The position numbers and the translations under genes are program-made. A stretch of 63,509 bases of DNA, filler included, from Pirum gemmata (lineage: Eukaryota), in the NCBI GenBank assembly GCA_002812295.1. It is 31 parts of 31 records of this genome, joined end to end, with 100 filler letters (N's around TTAATTAATTAA, not from the genome) between each part and the next. Parts side by side here need not be neighbours in the genome. Positions count along the whole stretch, not along the records: positions 23,122 to 24,973 come from PDIN01010452.1; positions 25,074 to 26,942 come from PDIN01010453.1; positions 27,043 to 28,943 come from PDIN01010454.1; positions 29,044 to 30,890 come from PDIN01010455.1; positions 30,991 to 32,891 come from PDIN01010456.1; positions 32,992 to 34,831 come from PDIN01010457.1; positions 34,932 to 36,793 come from PDIN01010458.1; 24 more parts are not named here. One strand, written 5' to 3'. The notes below the pieces were generated by a model. That model was not told where the DNA came from. It did not search any database and saw nothing but the letters and a program-made list of their open reading frames with translations. This document shows positions 23,156 to 35,628 of the stretch, one piece after another; the first letter of the stretch is position 1; every line of letters starts with the position of its first letter.

Positions 23156-26100
23156 GCAGTAGCAACAACAATGACAGCGACAAAGACAAAAGACAAAAGT
23201 AAACAAAAAGAAAAACAGCTAAGACAAATAGCAATAATGATAAAAAAATATATAAAACCAGTAATGTCGTAAAGTTAAATACAACTAATAATTTATTACA
23301 AAAGTCAATTATTAAAACACGAGTGAAAAATAAAAAGCAAACAATAAAAAGCAAAAAAGGAACCATATTAAGCAAAACAAACATGACAAAAAACAACCAA
23401 ACAAAATGGCAAAAACGCCACCAACAACAGAAGACCAGCCACAACAACAATTACAGGCACAGCAATAACAGCCATAACAACAAGAAGCAAGAAAAATACT
23501 AAAAGAACAGAAATAAACTTAAAAACGTTAAAAGTGACATGGGATGCCAAAGTTAAAAAATTCATACCTTTAATAATGGACAGCTGCTCTGGTTTATTGG
23601 CACAGAATGTATACAGAACATGACCTTGCTGCATTGTTCAACAATGTACGATTTTCACTTGTTTCAAATAATTACCGCTCTTTTGGTAGCTACTGCTTGT
23701 AATAATTGTTGTTGACGACGTCATTAACGATACCGTATTAGACGTAAAATAGGGTATTGTCCATTTCCACTAAGGAGCCGTGGGCGGTATAAGTAGTGGT
23801 AGTATATCAGAAGCTGTTTTAGCTTGTACTTTTACGTGGCTATAATCTCTTTTTTCTAGGCTATAATTTCATCAAATTTAATATCGTACACTAAATAGCT
23901 TTAGAAAATAAAATAAAAAAAATAGTAATGATATACACTACAATTTGATAATAATAATAATAATGATTATTATACAATTATTATTATTATACTAGCTAGT
24001 AGGATATCGAGGAGGATATATAGACTATATATATACCTGTATAATAATATGATATTTATTTTTTATATATGATATTGATAATATACTTACTTATCACGAT
24101 TCACGATAAGAGAAAAAACAAAAATGTGAAATGACTAAAACATAATGACATCATACTACCTTCTGATAACCACAATATATCCATCATGAGGTCATATACA
24201 CTAGCTAGCTAGCTAGCTAGCTAGCTAGCTAGGGTATCGATATTATTTATGATAGTCTATTATGAATTTATGATATTCTAATTATAATATTATTAATATT
24301 ATGATCTAATAATACATTTTATTGATATATTAATATTTTATACTTATGATATAGTATTATTAGCACGATAACACACGGGCGCTACTAGCTAGTCTAGACT
24401 CTACAGTGCTACTACTATCATAGCTAGAGATCTGGTGATTCTGGTCCCTACCAGAAGGACACCATATATGCCAGATTAATATGTGGTTAATTGGGTAGGG
24501 TTAGGTTAGGGGTTAGGGTTAGCTTAGCTGGTTAGGGTCAGGGTTAGGGTAGGGTTAGGGTTAGGGTTAGGGTTAGGGTTAGGGTTAGGGTTAGGGTTAG
24601 GGTTAGGGTTAGGCCAATTTTTTTTTTTTACTCCCTTTTTTTTTTTGATAGATCCTGTAGTCTAGACTCTGAAATTTTAGACTCAGTAGACTACATAGAC
24701 TATTAAACTACTATTAATAAATTTTTTAAATACTTTTATAATTACATAAAAAAAATGAGATGGCAAAATTGCGCAATTTTTCAACTCGAAAAGAACTTTT
24801 TTTCGATATAATTCTTAATTTTATAGTTGATAAAATTACTCGTAGGTATAATAACATCTCTCGAGATTTGGGTTTCAAATTCAAACGCAATTACTATTAT
24901 CATTGTTATTATTATCATTGTTATTATTATCGTTATTATTATTATTATTATTGTTATTATTATTACTATTATTNNNNNNNNNNNNNNNNNNNNNNNNNNN
25001 NNNNNNNNNNNNNNNNNTTAATTAATTAANNNNNNNNNNNNNNNNNNNNNNNNNNNNNNNNNNNNNNNNNNNNAAAAAAAAAAAAAAAAACTTTAAAAAA
25101 TAAAAAAAAAAAAAAGTAAGAGAAAACTTTTTAGTTATTTCTTTTTTATTTTTATTTTTTTTTATCATAGTCTAATCATAATGAAAAAAATATTTATATA
25201 GTCTACCAGTAGACCAGTAGACTAAGAGTAGACTATAGGCATTTATCTATTTTTTTTTTATTGTGTTCTTCATTTATTTATTTGGTTGGTTATAATATTT
25301 AATTTGATATTTTTAAATTAATAAATAGATAATAAAATATACCAAATTAAAAATATTGGCTCTATATAATATTAATTTGGTACTTTTTATTGTATATTTT
25401 TGATGACATTTTATATTATACTGCGGTCAGAGGGTAGGTCTATATATATCCTTGTAATATATATCGAGCCTCTCAATCCTTAATTAGGTACCATTTGAGT
25501 GTATAATTGAACTTGTTTATAAAACACAATATTTAATAAAACATACCAATTTATTAAAAAATGTCCATTAAAATAATTATTTGGTATGTTTATATTTTTT
25601 AAAAATTTTTCGAACAGGACATCACTATCTGAAAAACCGATCTCATGGAAAAATTATTATTATTATTATTATTAGCGTATCAAATTTATTTATTCTGCAA
25701 ATTTATCAAACTCTATAGTAAATTGTGTTTTAAAAACTACTAACTTTTTAAAAAACCCGCCAAAAAAATTTTCGAAGCTTGAAAATATCAAACATATTTA
25801 ATATATATGATCGAAAATCGAATATAATTATTCCCATGTTCGAACATTCCAACATAAATAATTTAGAAATAAGGATTTGAAAAGAACTCGAAATCGAACA
25901 TCGTTTCATAATTATTACTTATGTTTGAAAATTCAAACATAAATTTAGAAATAAGAATTTGAAAAATGACCCAAAAGAGTAGGGGTGAGATAACTGTGAG
26001 ATATCTATTGGAACTTTTTTCGAACAGATACTTATCGAGCCAACCTTAGTTCCATATTTCTTACTAAAAATAGCAGTTAGAAACTTAAAATAGTAAATTT

Positions 26101-26649
26101 AATTACAACAGATACCAATTAAAGTAATAATATTAACATTAATAGTAATATAACCATAAAATCGGAAAAGTTCTGGCGGCGGCTCGAGAATAATAAAATG
26201 ACGTCATCTCACCCCTTCTCCCGAAAGTTGGGGATTTTTTAACGCAATGCGCCATATCGAATTATATTTTTTATTACCCTATTATAACCAACCACTTTGC
26301 TTTTTAGAAAGCTTTTTATTTTTTATTTTATCGGTTCATTCATTGGTTCTTTCCCTTTAATTATCGGTAAAAAAGAACAGTCATTGGCTAAAATTATTTA
26401 ATAAAATGACAAGCTTTGGCTAGACTAGACTTCTCGCTATATCGAGATTTCGAGTCTGTATACTAATTAATAAGTTCGAAATGTTCAAGTTTTTACAATT
26501 AAGTATTCAAATATATTTATTTATTACTAAACCTGAAAAATACGAAAAAAAAATATATTTTTCGAACGTAGCTGAATTTTTGGCTTTTTTTGACAGCAGA
26601 AATTCGAGTTTTCGGGTTTGAGGCTTATTGCTGAGAGGCTGAGAGTAAA

Positions 26650-26794
26650 GGGAGAGTTCAAATAATACTTCACGTCAAGGGGTAGGTAGGTAGGTGGTGT
26701 TTGACTGGAAATCAATGTCGAGGGGTAGGTAGGAAGGGGTATTTGAAGCTGTATTTGACGGGAAATTGGTGTTATGTAGTATTTGAAAGCTCAC
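26650..26794 (+). mobile_element. MITE family A (~140 bp, PIF/Harbinger-like TIRs), full copy
   Basis: Family TIR GGGAGTGTTCAAATAATACGT / ACGTAGTATTTGAACGCTCCC with an internal GGTAGGTAGG...TATTTGA doublet; about nine copies in the window. Confidence 0.85.
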
Positions 26795-27329
26795 AAAGGA
26801 AAGTGACGGTCTTAGTGACCAATACACTGAACACAGCTAATTATGGTTTGGTTTCATATTTACTATTAGTTATATAGATTCGAACAATATCATATTATTT
26901 TCGAACATTGGGTTAGGGTTAGGGTTAGGGTTAGGGTTAGGGNNNNNNNNNNNNNNNNNNNNNNNNNNNNNNNNNNNNNNNNNNNNTTAATTAATTAANN
27001 NNNNNNNNNNNNNNNNNNNNNNNNNNNNNNNNNNNNNNNNNNAAAAAAAAAAAAAAAAATAAAAAAAAAATAAAAAATAATAAAAACAAAAAATGAAAAG
27101 GTAAAAATAAAAAATAAAAAAAGGTATAAAAGCAGCGTGGGGGGTGGGATAAAAAAAAAAAATTAGGTAAGTTTTTAATTTTGTGGTAAAAGAAGTTAAG
27201 TTAGGAAAAGTTAGGATAAGCATTATAGAAAAGTTTTTAATTAAAAAGTGTGAGTGGGAGTGGTATAGGTTAAGTTTTTATGTATTTGTGTAAGTGTTAA
27301 GTTAGTTATTAGGTAGGTTTAAGTTAGTT

Positions 27330-27455
27330 TAGATTTTTTTAAGGTAAGTTTAGATTTTTTTAAGGTAAGTTTAGATTTTTTTAAGGTAAGTTTAGATTTT
27401 TTTAAGGTAAGTTTAGATTTTAAAGTAAGTTTAGATTTTTAAGGTAAGTTTAGAA
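27330..27455 (+). repeat. ~21-bp tandem repeat (TAAGTTTAGATTTTTTTAAGG) x5-6
   Basis: Direct reading. Confidence 0.85.
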
Positions 27456-29175
27456 GATTTTTTTAAAAGTTAGGTAAGAAAGGTGAGTTTTGTTGTTTTT
27501 TAAGACTAGTGTAAGTAAGTAAGTATATTTTTTGGTTAGATAAATGTCGTCTAGTTTATTATCGTTTAGTATATTTATTGTTGTAGAATAAATTGTTTAG
27601 GGTGGTAATAGTTAGTTAAGTTAAGGAAGTTCGTTTTTAATGAGTCGTTTGCTGTTGTATTATTTGCCTTAGATTATTTTTAGTTTTAGCATTTTTCGTT
27701 CTTAGTAAGTAGTTGTTAGTAAGTAGCTGGATAATTAGTTAATTATTAAGTTAATTGTTTAGAAAAGTTATTGGTTAGTTATTTAAATGTTGTTAAAAGA
27801 GTTTTTTTGTCGTGGGTAAGTTTTGTCTAGGACTTTTTGTTATATTTTGTATAGCAATTTTGTGTAGTGGTAATCGTTGTAGTGAAAGAAAGTGAAAGTA
27901 AAAAGTTAGTATTTTGTAAATTTGTCCTAGAATTATATCGTTGTAGTAATATAGTAGTGATGCGTAACCATTCTAGTTCTTATTGTGTAGTTTAGTTCAA
28001 ACTAGCCATAGTGGATCAATTTTTTAACTCTTCCTAAAGTAATTGTGAGCCTTCTTCCATGCTTTAAAAATGTATCAATATCCTTGTATGTGTTTTAAAT
28101 TTATACTATACGGCTACCCCCTCTGTTTTTTGAATTTGTTTTTTTAACAAGAATAATGTATTGGTTGTGTATTTTTTTAAAAATAATTACCGTTGAATAA
28201 TGTATAACCGTTGTTTTAATGTTTTATTAAATTAAGTTTAATTCCATTAGTGTTTTTTATAATAAATTTACGTTAAGTCATTATTATTTTATTATTTGGT
28301 GCCACCTTTTTCCATTTCATTTCTTTTTTTTGCATTTCAATCATTTGATCGGCCCGAAGTTTCCATTTTTAATTTATTTTGAAGTTGTGTGAGATAATGT
28401 GCTTTGTTCGATATTCGATTCATTTGATATGTGCCCTGTTCATTCCCCCAGCCGTCGTCGTCGTCATCTTTTAACGTTCTTCTTTCTTTTCTCTTTCTTT
28501 CTTTTTTTTCTCTTTTCTTTTCTACTCTCTCTTTTTCTTTTCTACTCTCTCTCTCTTTCTTTTCTACTCTTTCTACTCTCTCTCTTTTTCTTCTTTTCTA
28601 CTCTCTCTCTCTCTTTTCTTTTCTACTCTCTTTCTTTTCTACTCTTTCTACTCTCTCTCTCTCTTTTTCTTCTTTTCTACTCTCTCTCTCTCTTTTTCTT
28701 CTTTTCTACTCTCTCTCTCTCTTTTTCTTTTCTACTCTCTCTCTCTCTCTCTTTTCTTTTCTACTCTCTCTCTCTCTTTTTTCTTTTCTACTCTCTCTCT
28801 TTTTTTTTTCTCTCTTTATTAATTTCGCTCTTTCTACACTCTCTCTCTTTTTTTTTTCTCTCTTTATTAATTTCGCTCTTTATTAAATGTTCTCTCTTTA
28901 TTAAATGTTCTCTCTTTATTAAATGTTCTCTCTTTATTAAATGNNNNNNNNNNNNNNNNNNNNNNNNNNNNNNNNNNNNNNNNNNNNTTAATTAATTAAN
29001 NNNNNNNNNNNNNNNNNNNNNNNNNNNNNNNNNNNNNNNNNNNTAGTAATAGTATCAACACTTTTTTATTTTAATTATCATAGTCTTTTTTATTAATTAT
29101 CATAGTAAAAAAAAAGTAGAACGTTTTTAGAATATAGAAAGGCTAATAATATCATATTATTGACTGTTCAAATAG

Positions 29176-29301
29176 CTGTTCAAATAATACGTCACGTCAA
29201 GGGGTATTTGACCGGAAATTAACGTCGAGGGGTAGGTAGGTAGGGGTATTTGAAGCTGTATTTGACTGGAAATTGGCGTTACGTAGTAATTGAACGCTCC
29301 C
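29176..29301 (+). mobile_element. MITE family A copy (internal deletion)
   Basis: TGTTCAAATAATACGTCACGTCAAGGGG...TTGAACGCTCCC. Confidence 0.85.
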
Positions 29302-29410
29302 TTTTATGAATCGCTGGAGTCTTATTACTGAAGTCTTATTAGTGCACAGCAAGCTGAGTAGGTCTACCTAGCTAGCTAGCTAGCTAAAGTCTGGTCGGGT
29401 TAGCTGGTAA

Positions 29411-29823
29411 GCCTCTCCCAATTCTGCTCGAGGCCGAAAGCTCGAATTTCTGGCGTCAAAAAAAACCGAAATTCAGCTCTCTGTTCGAAAATTATTTTTT
29501 CCATTTTTTCGGGTTTATAAATAAATAAATAATATGCTTGAATACTTAACTGTTAGCTTAAAGTTTTCGAACTTATTTAATTAATACATAGGCTTGAAAA
29601 CTCGATATTTTAACAAACCAGAATTTGGTCTAAGCTTCTCCCAATTCCCCTCTGTTCAAAAACCGAGATTTCGAGTCTATATATTAATTAATAAGTTCGA
29701 AATGTTCAAATATATTTATTTATTACTAAACTCGAAAAATACGAAAAAAAAAAAATTTCGAACGGAGCTGAATTTTGGCTTTTTTTTTTGACAGCAGAAA
29801 TTCGAGTTTTCGGGTTTGAGGAG
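29411..29823. mobile_element. Repeat family B (~200 bp), two copies in inverted orientation; others at 26440-26625 and 56436-56642
   Basis: Shared GACAGCAGAAATTCGAGTTTTCGGGTTTGAGG and TAATAAGTTCGAAATGTTC cores; CCCAATTCTG/CAGAATTGGG-like termini. Confidence 0.75.
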
Positions 29824-29864
29824 CTGTTTGAGGCCTAGCTAGCTAGCTGCTACTAGCTTGAACT

Positions 29865-30004
29865 TGTTCAAATAATACGTCACATCAAGGAGTAGGTAAG
29901 TAGGTGGTATTTGACCTGAAATTAACGTCGAGGGGTAGGTAGATAGAGGTATTTGAAGCTGTATTTGACCGGAAATTTGCGTTACGTAGTATTTGAACGC
30001 TCCC
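29865..30004 (+). mobile_element. MITE family A copy
   Basis: TGTTCAAATAATACGT...ACGTAGTATTTGAACGCTCCC. Confidence 0.85.
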
Positions 30005-30859
30005 GAGCCTCATCTCCCCTGTTTTAGCCTATATAACATAACTAGGGTCTAGTAATTGGGGAAAAGTTGGGAAAAGAGAAAAAAGAGGTTTTGTTTGGCT
30101 GTTATTTTACAACTTTTTTTAACAAAAATAGAAATTATATATTACAATACAGTCAAGATCAGACCAATCAGTATTCGTATCAATGCTTCCTTTGTTTTTG
30201 ATTTTACAGTGCTTTTTTCAGTTTCGTTTGAATCGATATTTTTTATTGATTCTTTATATTTTATTTTGCTCAAAAAAAAAAAGTGTATCCAGATGTTGAT
30301 TAAAGAGTTTTAAATACCAATCTAGATGTCTTAGTTTACAAAAATATCCTTCTAGATTCAATTCCATCTTCAGATTTTTTATTGGTATCACACAAACAAG
30401 AAAGGTGTTTTGTCATCATAAATATGCAATAAATAAAGTGCAATAAATAGTACCAAATAATTACAATATAAATCCATTTAATTTAATTTGATATATTATA
30501 TTAACTATTTATTGCTTTAAAAAGTATCAATTTAAAGATTATAACCCTCCAAATAAATATTCAGAGAAACAAAATAACGATAATTTTTGAAAAAGAAAAA
30601 GTGACGTCATAATTAACAACTACTACACAACTAAATAACAATATTTTTATATTCATATAATATTATGCATAATATTATTACGATATAATTATAACTATTA
30701 ACTGCGAAATTTAAAAAAATAACAACATTATAATAACAATAACAAAATGAACAACAAAATCAATTGAAAACAACAATAAAATTAATTTTAAAAATACATT
30801 AAAATTAATATTATTTATATTTGTTGACATCAAAATAAAAATTTCGTTATTTTATAGTA

Positions 30860-30890
<31 letters not shown>

Positions 30891-31355
30891 NNNNNNNNNN
30901 NNNNNNNNNNNNNNNNNNNNNNNNNNNNNNNNNNTTAATTAATTAANNNNNNNNNNNNNNNNNNNNNNNNNNNNNNNNNNNNNNNNNNNNCGAAACTCAC
31001 CTCGAACACTCGAAACTCACCTCGAACACTCGAGCTGTGACGATTAAAATTTTAATTTTAATTTTTTTTAAGATAATAATATTATTATAGTAAAAAAAAA
31101 AAAAAAAAAAAATTAATTTTAATTTTTTAATTTTTTTTTTAAGATAATAATATTATTATCGAGGTCTAATCCGGTTTTTTAATTTTGTATATAAAGGTAT
31201 CATATTTAACTCAAAATAAATAAATAAATAAAAAAAATAAATAACAAAAATTTGTTTATAATTTTTTTTTTTTATTATTATTTTTCTTTTCTTCTTTTCT
31301 TCTTCTTTAATCATTTTATACATTATCACATTGTAAACTTAAAAGTTTAAAAAGT

Positions 31356-32765
31356 ATGTTGTTTAAAGCTTTGGTAGTTGCTTGGCTAGGATTTACATCC
31401 ACCAAAGCTGCTGCCCCTTCTCCTCATATTTCCCAAATGTTCAAACCGCATTGTGATGGGCGAGGACCCTCAGTAATAAGCGATCAATGTATTGAACAAT
31501 ACTTTAAGTCAGATACGATTCACAATCCTCAACAGGATCGTCTCAAAGATTACTATCAAATAGTAGAAAAGTTAGAGGGAGCACAAGTTCTTGCGAATAG
31601 TAAGAATAATAATAGCGTACACGAACACGAACGAAATATGTTGTTTGTTTTCATGATTCATGCGCCTACAGATTTAGAATTAATGGAATATTGGCTGTCT
31701 TCCGAAAGTCCAATTTTCGACAATGATAACCGTCATCACTATATTATCGTACCTGATGAGCGTATGTATAATACTGAAAATAAAGCTTTCGTTAATACCC
31801 AACTGTTCTTTAACCGTTGGAATAGTAGAAAAAACGTCCATGTCGTTGAAAATAAATATTCTATTTACGGTTCATGGGGTGGCTCTTCTTTAGTTTATAA
31901 AGAAATTATTGGTTATTTAAAAGCTTTCGAACTAAACTTGGAATTTTCCCATGCTATTTTAACCTCGGCTACAGCTTTACCAGTGAAAACAATTGACGAA
32001 ATGATGGAGATTTATAAAGAAGATATTGCTTATGCTTCTATTTGGCCTGGGGCAACCTTGAATAAAGTATCAAGAACAGAAGATTTGTTTTATGATTGTG
32101 GTGGATGTGTCTATAAAGTAAAAGGTAAAAGTAAGAAAGAAATTTATAATCGTACGGCACCTAAAGTTTTAGACGACTGGCAAGAAAACGTCGCAAATGG
32201 TACTTACTGGAATAATATTTTTGCTAGAACAGAACATCCTCTTTCTAAAGGAGCCCAATGGAAAGCGTTAACCAAAAAACTGATTCATGAAGTATTGTTT
32301 GGGGAGAAAAGCCAATTATTTAAACAATATTTAGAATTTTTCGAAACCGTTTGGATTCCTGATGAGCATTTTTGGCCTACGCTATTGAATATCGAATACT
32401 TACAGAAAAATCGTACTGAAGTTCAACTGGCGGAGCATGTTAAATCGTTGTGGCATTTACCTAATATGTTGTTTTCTGTAGAGTTTATGCAACATCAATT
32501 TAGTAACGGGTTGACTCGTTGGGAGGTTTTTAGAAATGATATTGGCACAACACACTTACGTAAATTGCCACCAATTAATGAAACTAAGAAGATTGTGGAA
32601 ACTTTATTTAGTTATCCATATAAACCACAAGAAATGAAAGAGTCCGAGACCCAAGATATGACCTATTTCACATGGAAAGAAATGTTTACAAATATAAAAT
32701 TTTTGTTAAAAGAAAAAATCTTTAAGGATCCAGTTGTACTCAAAAACTTTTATATGAAAGGATAA
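31356..32765 (+). CDS. GT14 (core-2/I-branching GlcNAc- or xylosyltransferase family) glycosyltransferase; complete and intronless
   Basis: 469 aa with a signal-peptide-like N-terminus. Motifs WGGSSLV, KGAQWKALT and WIPDEHFWPTLL match GT14 (WGG.S.V, GSQW..L, PDE.FF.T). Confidence 0.85.
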   Translation: MLFKALVVAWLGFTSTKAAAPSPHISQMFKPHCDGRGPSVISDQCIEQYFKSDTIHNPQQDRLKDYYQIVEKLEGAQVLANSKNNNSVHEHERNMLFVFMIHAPTDLELMEYWLSSESPIFDNDNRHHYIIVPDERMYNTENKAFVNTQLFFNRWNSRKNVHVVENKYSIYGSWGGSSLVYKEIIGYLKAFELNLEFSHAILTSATALPVKTIDEMMEIYKEDIAYASIWPGATLNKVSRTEDLFYDCGGCVYKVKGKSKKEIYNRTAPKVLDDWQENVANGTYWNNIFARTEHPLSKGAQWKALTKKLIHEVLFGEKSQLFKQYLEFFETVWIPDEHFWPTLLNIEYLQKNRTEVQLAEHVKSLWHLPNMLFSVEFMQHQFSNGLTRWEVFRNDIGTTHLRKLPPINETKKIVETLFSYPYKPQEMKESETQDMTYFTWKEMFTNIKFLLKEKIFKDPVVLKNFYMKG

Positions 32766-32992
32766 ATGATAATAATAATAATAATAACAATAATAATATT
32801 AATAATAATTATTATAAGTAATAATAAATAATGTCGTAATAATTGATCGTATAATATAATAATAATGATAATTATAATAATATATTATTATNNNNNNNNN
32901 NNNNNNNNNNNNNNNNNNNNNNNNNNNNNNNNNNNTTAATTAATTAANNNNNNNNNNNNNNNNNNNNNNNNNNNNNNNNNNNNNNNNNNNNA

Positions 32993-33704
32993 CAACAACA
33001 ACAACAACAACAACAACAAGAAATAAAACTAGAACAGCCTCAAGAGCCAGAGCAAGCCGAAAGTATTATACAAAAGAAAATGCAATGTTTGGAATTAAAT
33101 CGCGAAGATATAAAGATCAAGAAAGAAAAAATAGAACAAGAGCAAACTCCAGCGGTATTATATTTTCCACAAGTCGGTAACCTTAACAATAAATTCATCG
33201 ATCAATCACAGCAGTCTCAATCAGAAAATCCACAGTCGCTGTTGTTTTTTGAACCCGTGATCAAACAACAACAACAGCAGCAACAGCAACAGCAACAACA
33301 ACAACAACAACAACAACAAGAACCACCACCACCACCGCCATCCAAACCCGAGGTCAACGTACCCAAGAGGCCCCCAAAGACATTGTTCTTTCACTCGCAG
33401 AATAATTATTCGCATCAAGTAGAGAAGCAACAAAAGGAGTTGTTTCGAAACAATTTCTTTCCTATCCCCCCGCGCAAGCATGAAATACAAGACCAAACCA
33501 TACAAGTTACACAATCACACACACAAGCCAATTCACCAACAGCGTCAGTATCAACAAAGGAGAAAAGAGGGGAACTACTACGTCGATCACAAAGCCAATC
33601 ATCACAACAAAAATCAAAAAAATGCAAAGATGATTCGCATCAAAGAGGGAAAAACGAACAAACGAAAAAAAATCAAGAACAAATACAAAGACAAAAGCAC
33701 TACC

Positions 33705-33769
<65 letters not shown>

Positions 33770-34831
33770 CGACGACAACCCAAACAGCGGCGAGCTAGTC
33801 AACCAACCTTATGCAATGACCTTTTGAAAAAAAAGTTACAAGAAGTCTCTAAAGAAATGTCAATGGAAGCGGATAGTACTCCAAACACCCCCACTACATT
33901 AAACAATTCAACCATCGAACCAACCACAAACACACTAGAAATGTCAGGGTCAAATTCACTTTGTATCTCTAAAACCTTATCAAGTTCTTTATCTCGCACT
34001 CAATCAAAACGGGCCAATATGTCAATGAAAATGCAGTTAATGACATCTCAATCTTATCCATCATCCTCATCATCATCATCGTTACAAAGCCAATCTTTAC
34101 CAGGAGAAAAGCATCTTCTGGATGCTATTGAAGCCCCCAACTCAACATCTTACACTCCCATAGATTTCTATCTGCCGCTTAAAATATCCCTGCCTTGTGA
34201 TATTCAACAACAGTTTAATGTTATCAATAATGTAAACGTGAGTGGTTTGGAATCTATGGAATCTATGGAAACAGGCGAAGATGTGCAATTTAGAAAGCAA
34301 TCACAACCAATTCCTATCAGGGGAATGTCTCCAATGACCCCAGTTACACCACTAACACCGCTAACACCGCTAACACCGCTAACACCGCTAACATCGCTTA
34401 CACCGGTAACACCTATGAGTCCCAGCGATCAATTTTATGAGTGTTATGACGGTCATCATGAATCTAATAATACTATTAATGATGATGAAACCATGGGTGA
34501 AGTGGACAACAACAACAAGAACAACAATAACAACAGCATTATCAACATTATCAACCACAACCACAACCACAATAACAACTCCAACCCCAGCCCCAGCCCC
34601 AGCCAAAACCAAAACCAAAACCACAATCATAACCACAACCACAACCACAACCACAACCACAACCACAACGGTCACAGCAACCACAACGGTCACAACAACA
34701 ACAACGGTCACAACAACAACAACGGTCACAACAACAACAACGACCACAACAACAACAACGGTCACAACAACGGTCACAACAACGGTCACAACAACGGTCA
34801 CAACAACAATAACAATAACAATAACAATAAC
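32993..34831 (+). CDS. Large exon of a Gln/Ser/Asn-rich disordered protein with SQPIPI and (TPL/TPV)n motifs
   Basis: One reading frame is open across the whole contig, with non-repetitive segments between poly-Q/N tracts. No folded domain recognised. Confidence 0.7.
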
Positions 34832-35628
34832 NNNNNNNNNNNNNNNNNNNNNNNNNNNNNNNNNNNNNNNNNNNNTTAATTAATTAANNNNNNNNNNNNN
34901 NNNNNNNNNNNNNNNNNNNNNNNNNNNNNNNAAATATTCAGAGTGACAAAATAAATGAAAAGCACGATAATATATTATATATTCAGTTAAAACTAGGAAT
35001 ATTCGGGAAAACATAATCGAATCAAACAGCTCGATCCTAATTATTAAATAATGAAATTTTGAAATAATATTCTTTCTTTTTCGAGTTTCAAATTTTTGCT
35101 ATGAAAATTTTGAGAATCAAAAGTAAAAGTCAATACTTAAAATTAAATCGAAAAATTTCGAAAGCTTCGAACTAGTCTCGATTCGATGGTGTTTCTGGAG
35201 GCTGAGGCTGGAGCAGCCTAAAACATGCATATGATCGACATTAATTGTATAAATCATGTATCAAAATCTCAAATCATAAGACCATATACGTGTATTAATT
35301 AATATACATATTATATATTAATATAAATAATAATTATTAATTAATATAATAGCAAATAATAATATTAATAACAGAAAAATCAAAAAAATCAAAAAGAATC
35401 AAAAAAATAGAAAACCAAAATCAAAACCAATTTTTTTTTTTTACCACAAATTTGCATTTGTTCAATACTCTTTACAATATTACTATAGATATTATCATTA
35501 TTTTAATAATAATAATAATATTAATTGATATACAAAAATAAATATTTTAATATTAATATAATATCTATGTATTAATACTCATCTTTTTTTTTATTTTTTA
35601 ATTAAAAATAATAATATAATAAAACATA

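Noticed and set aside
23540..23900. Coding-like non-repetitive stretch
   Set aside because: Stops in all minus-strand frames I translated and no recognisable motif; possibly a relic but unsupported.
27480..28060. TAA/TAG=Gln alternative genetic code
   Set aside because: Well-supported genes here (galactokinase, GT14, iota-CA, MFS, OPRT) end in TAA and have no internal TAR codons.
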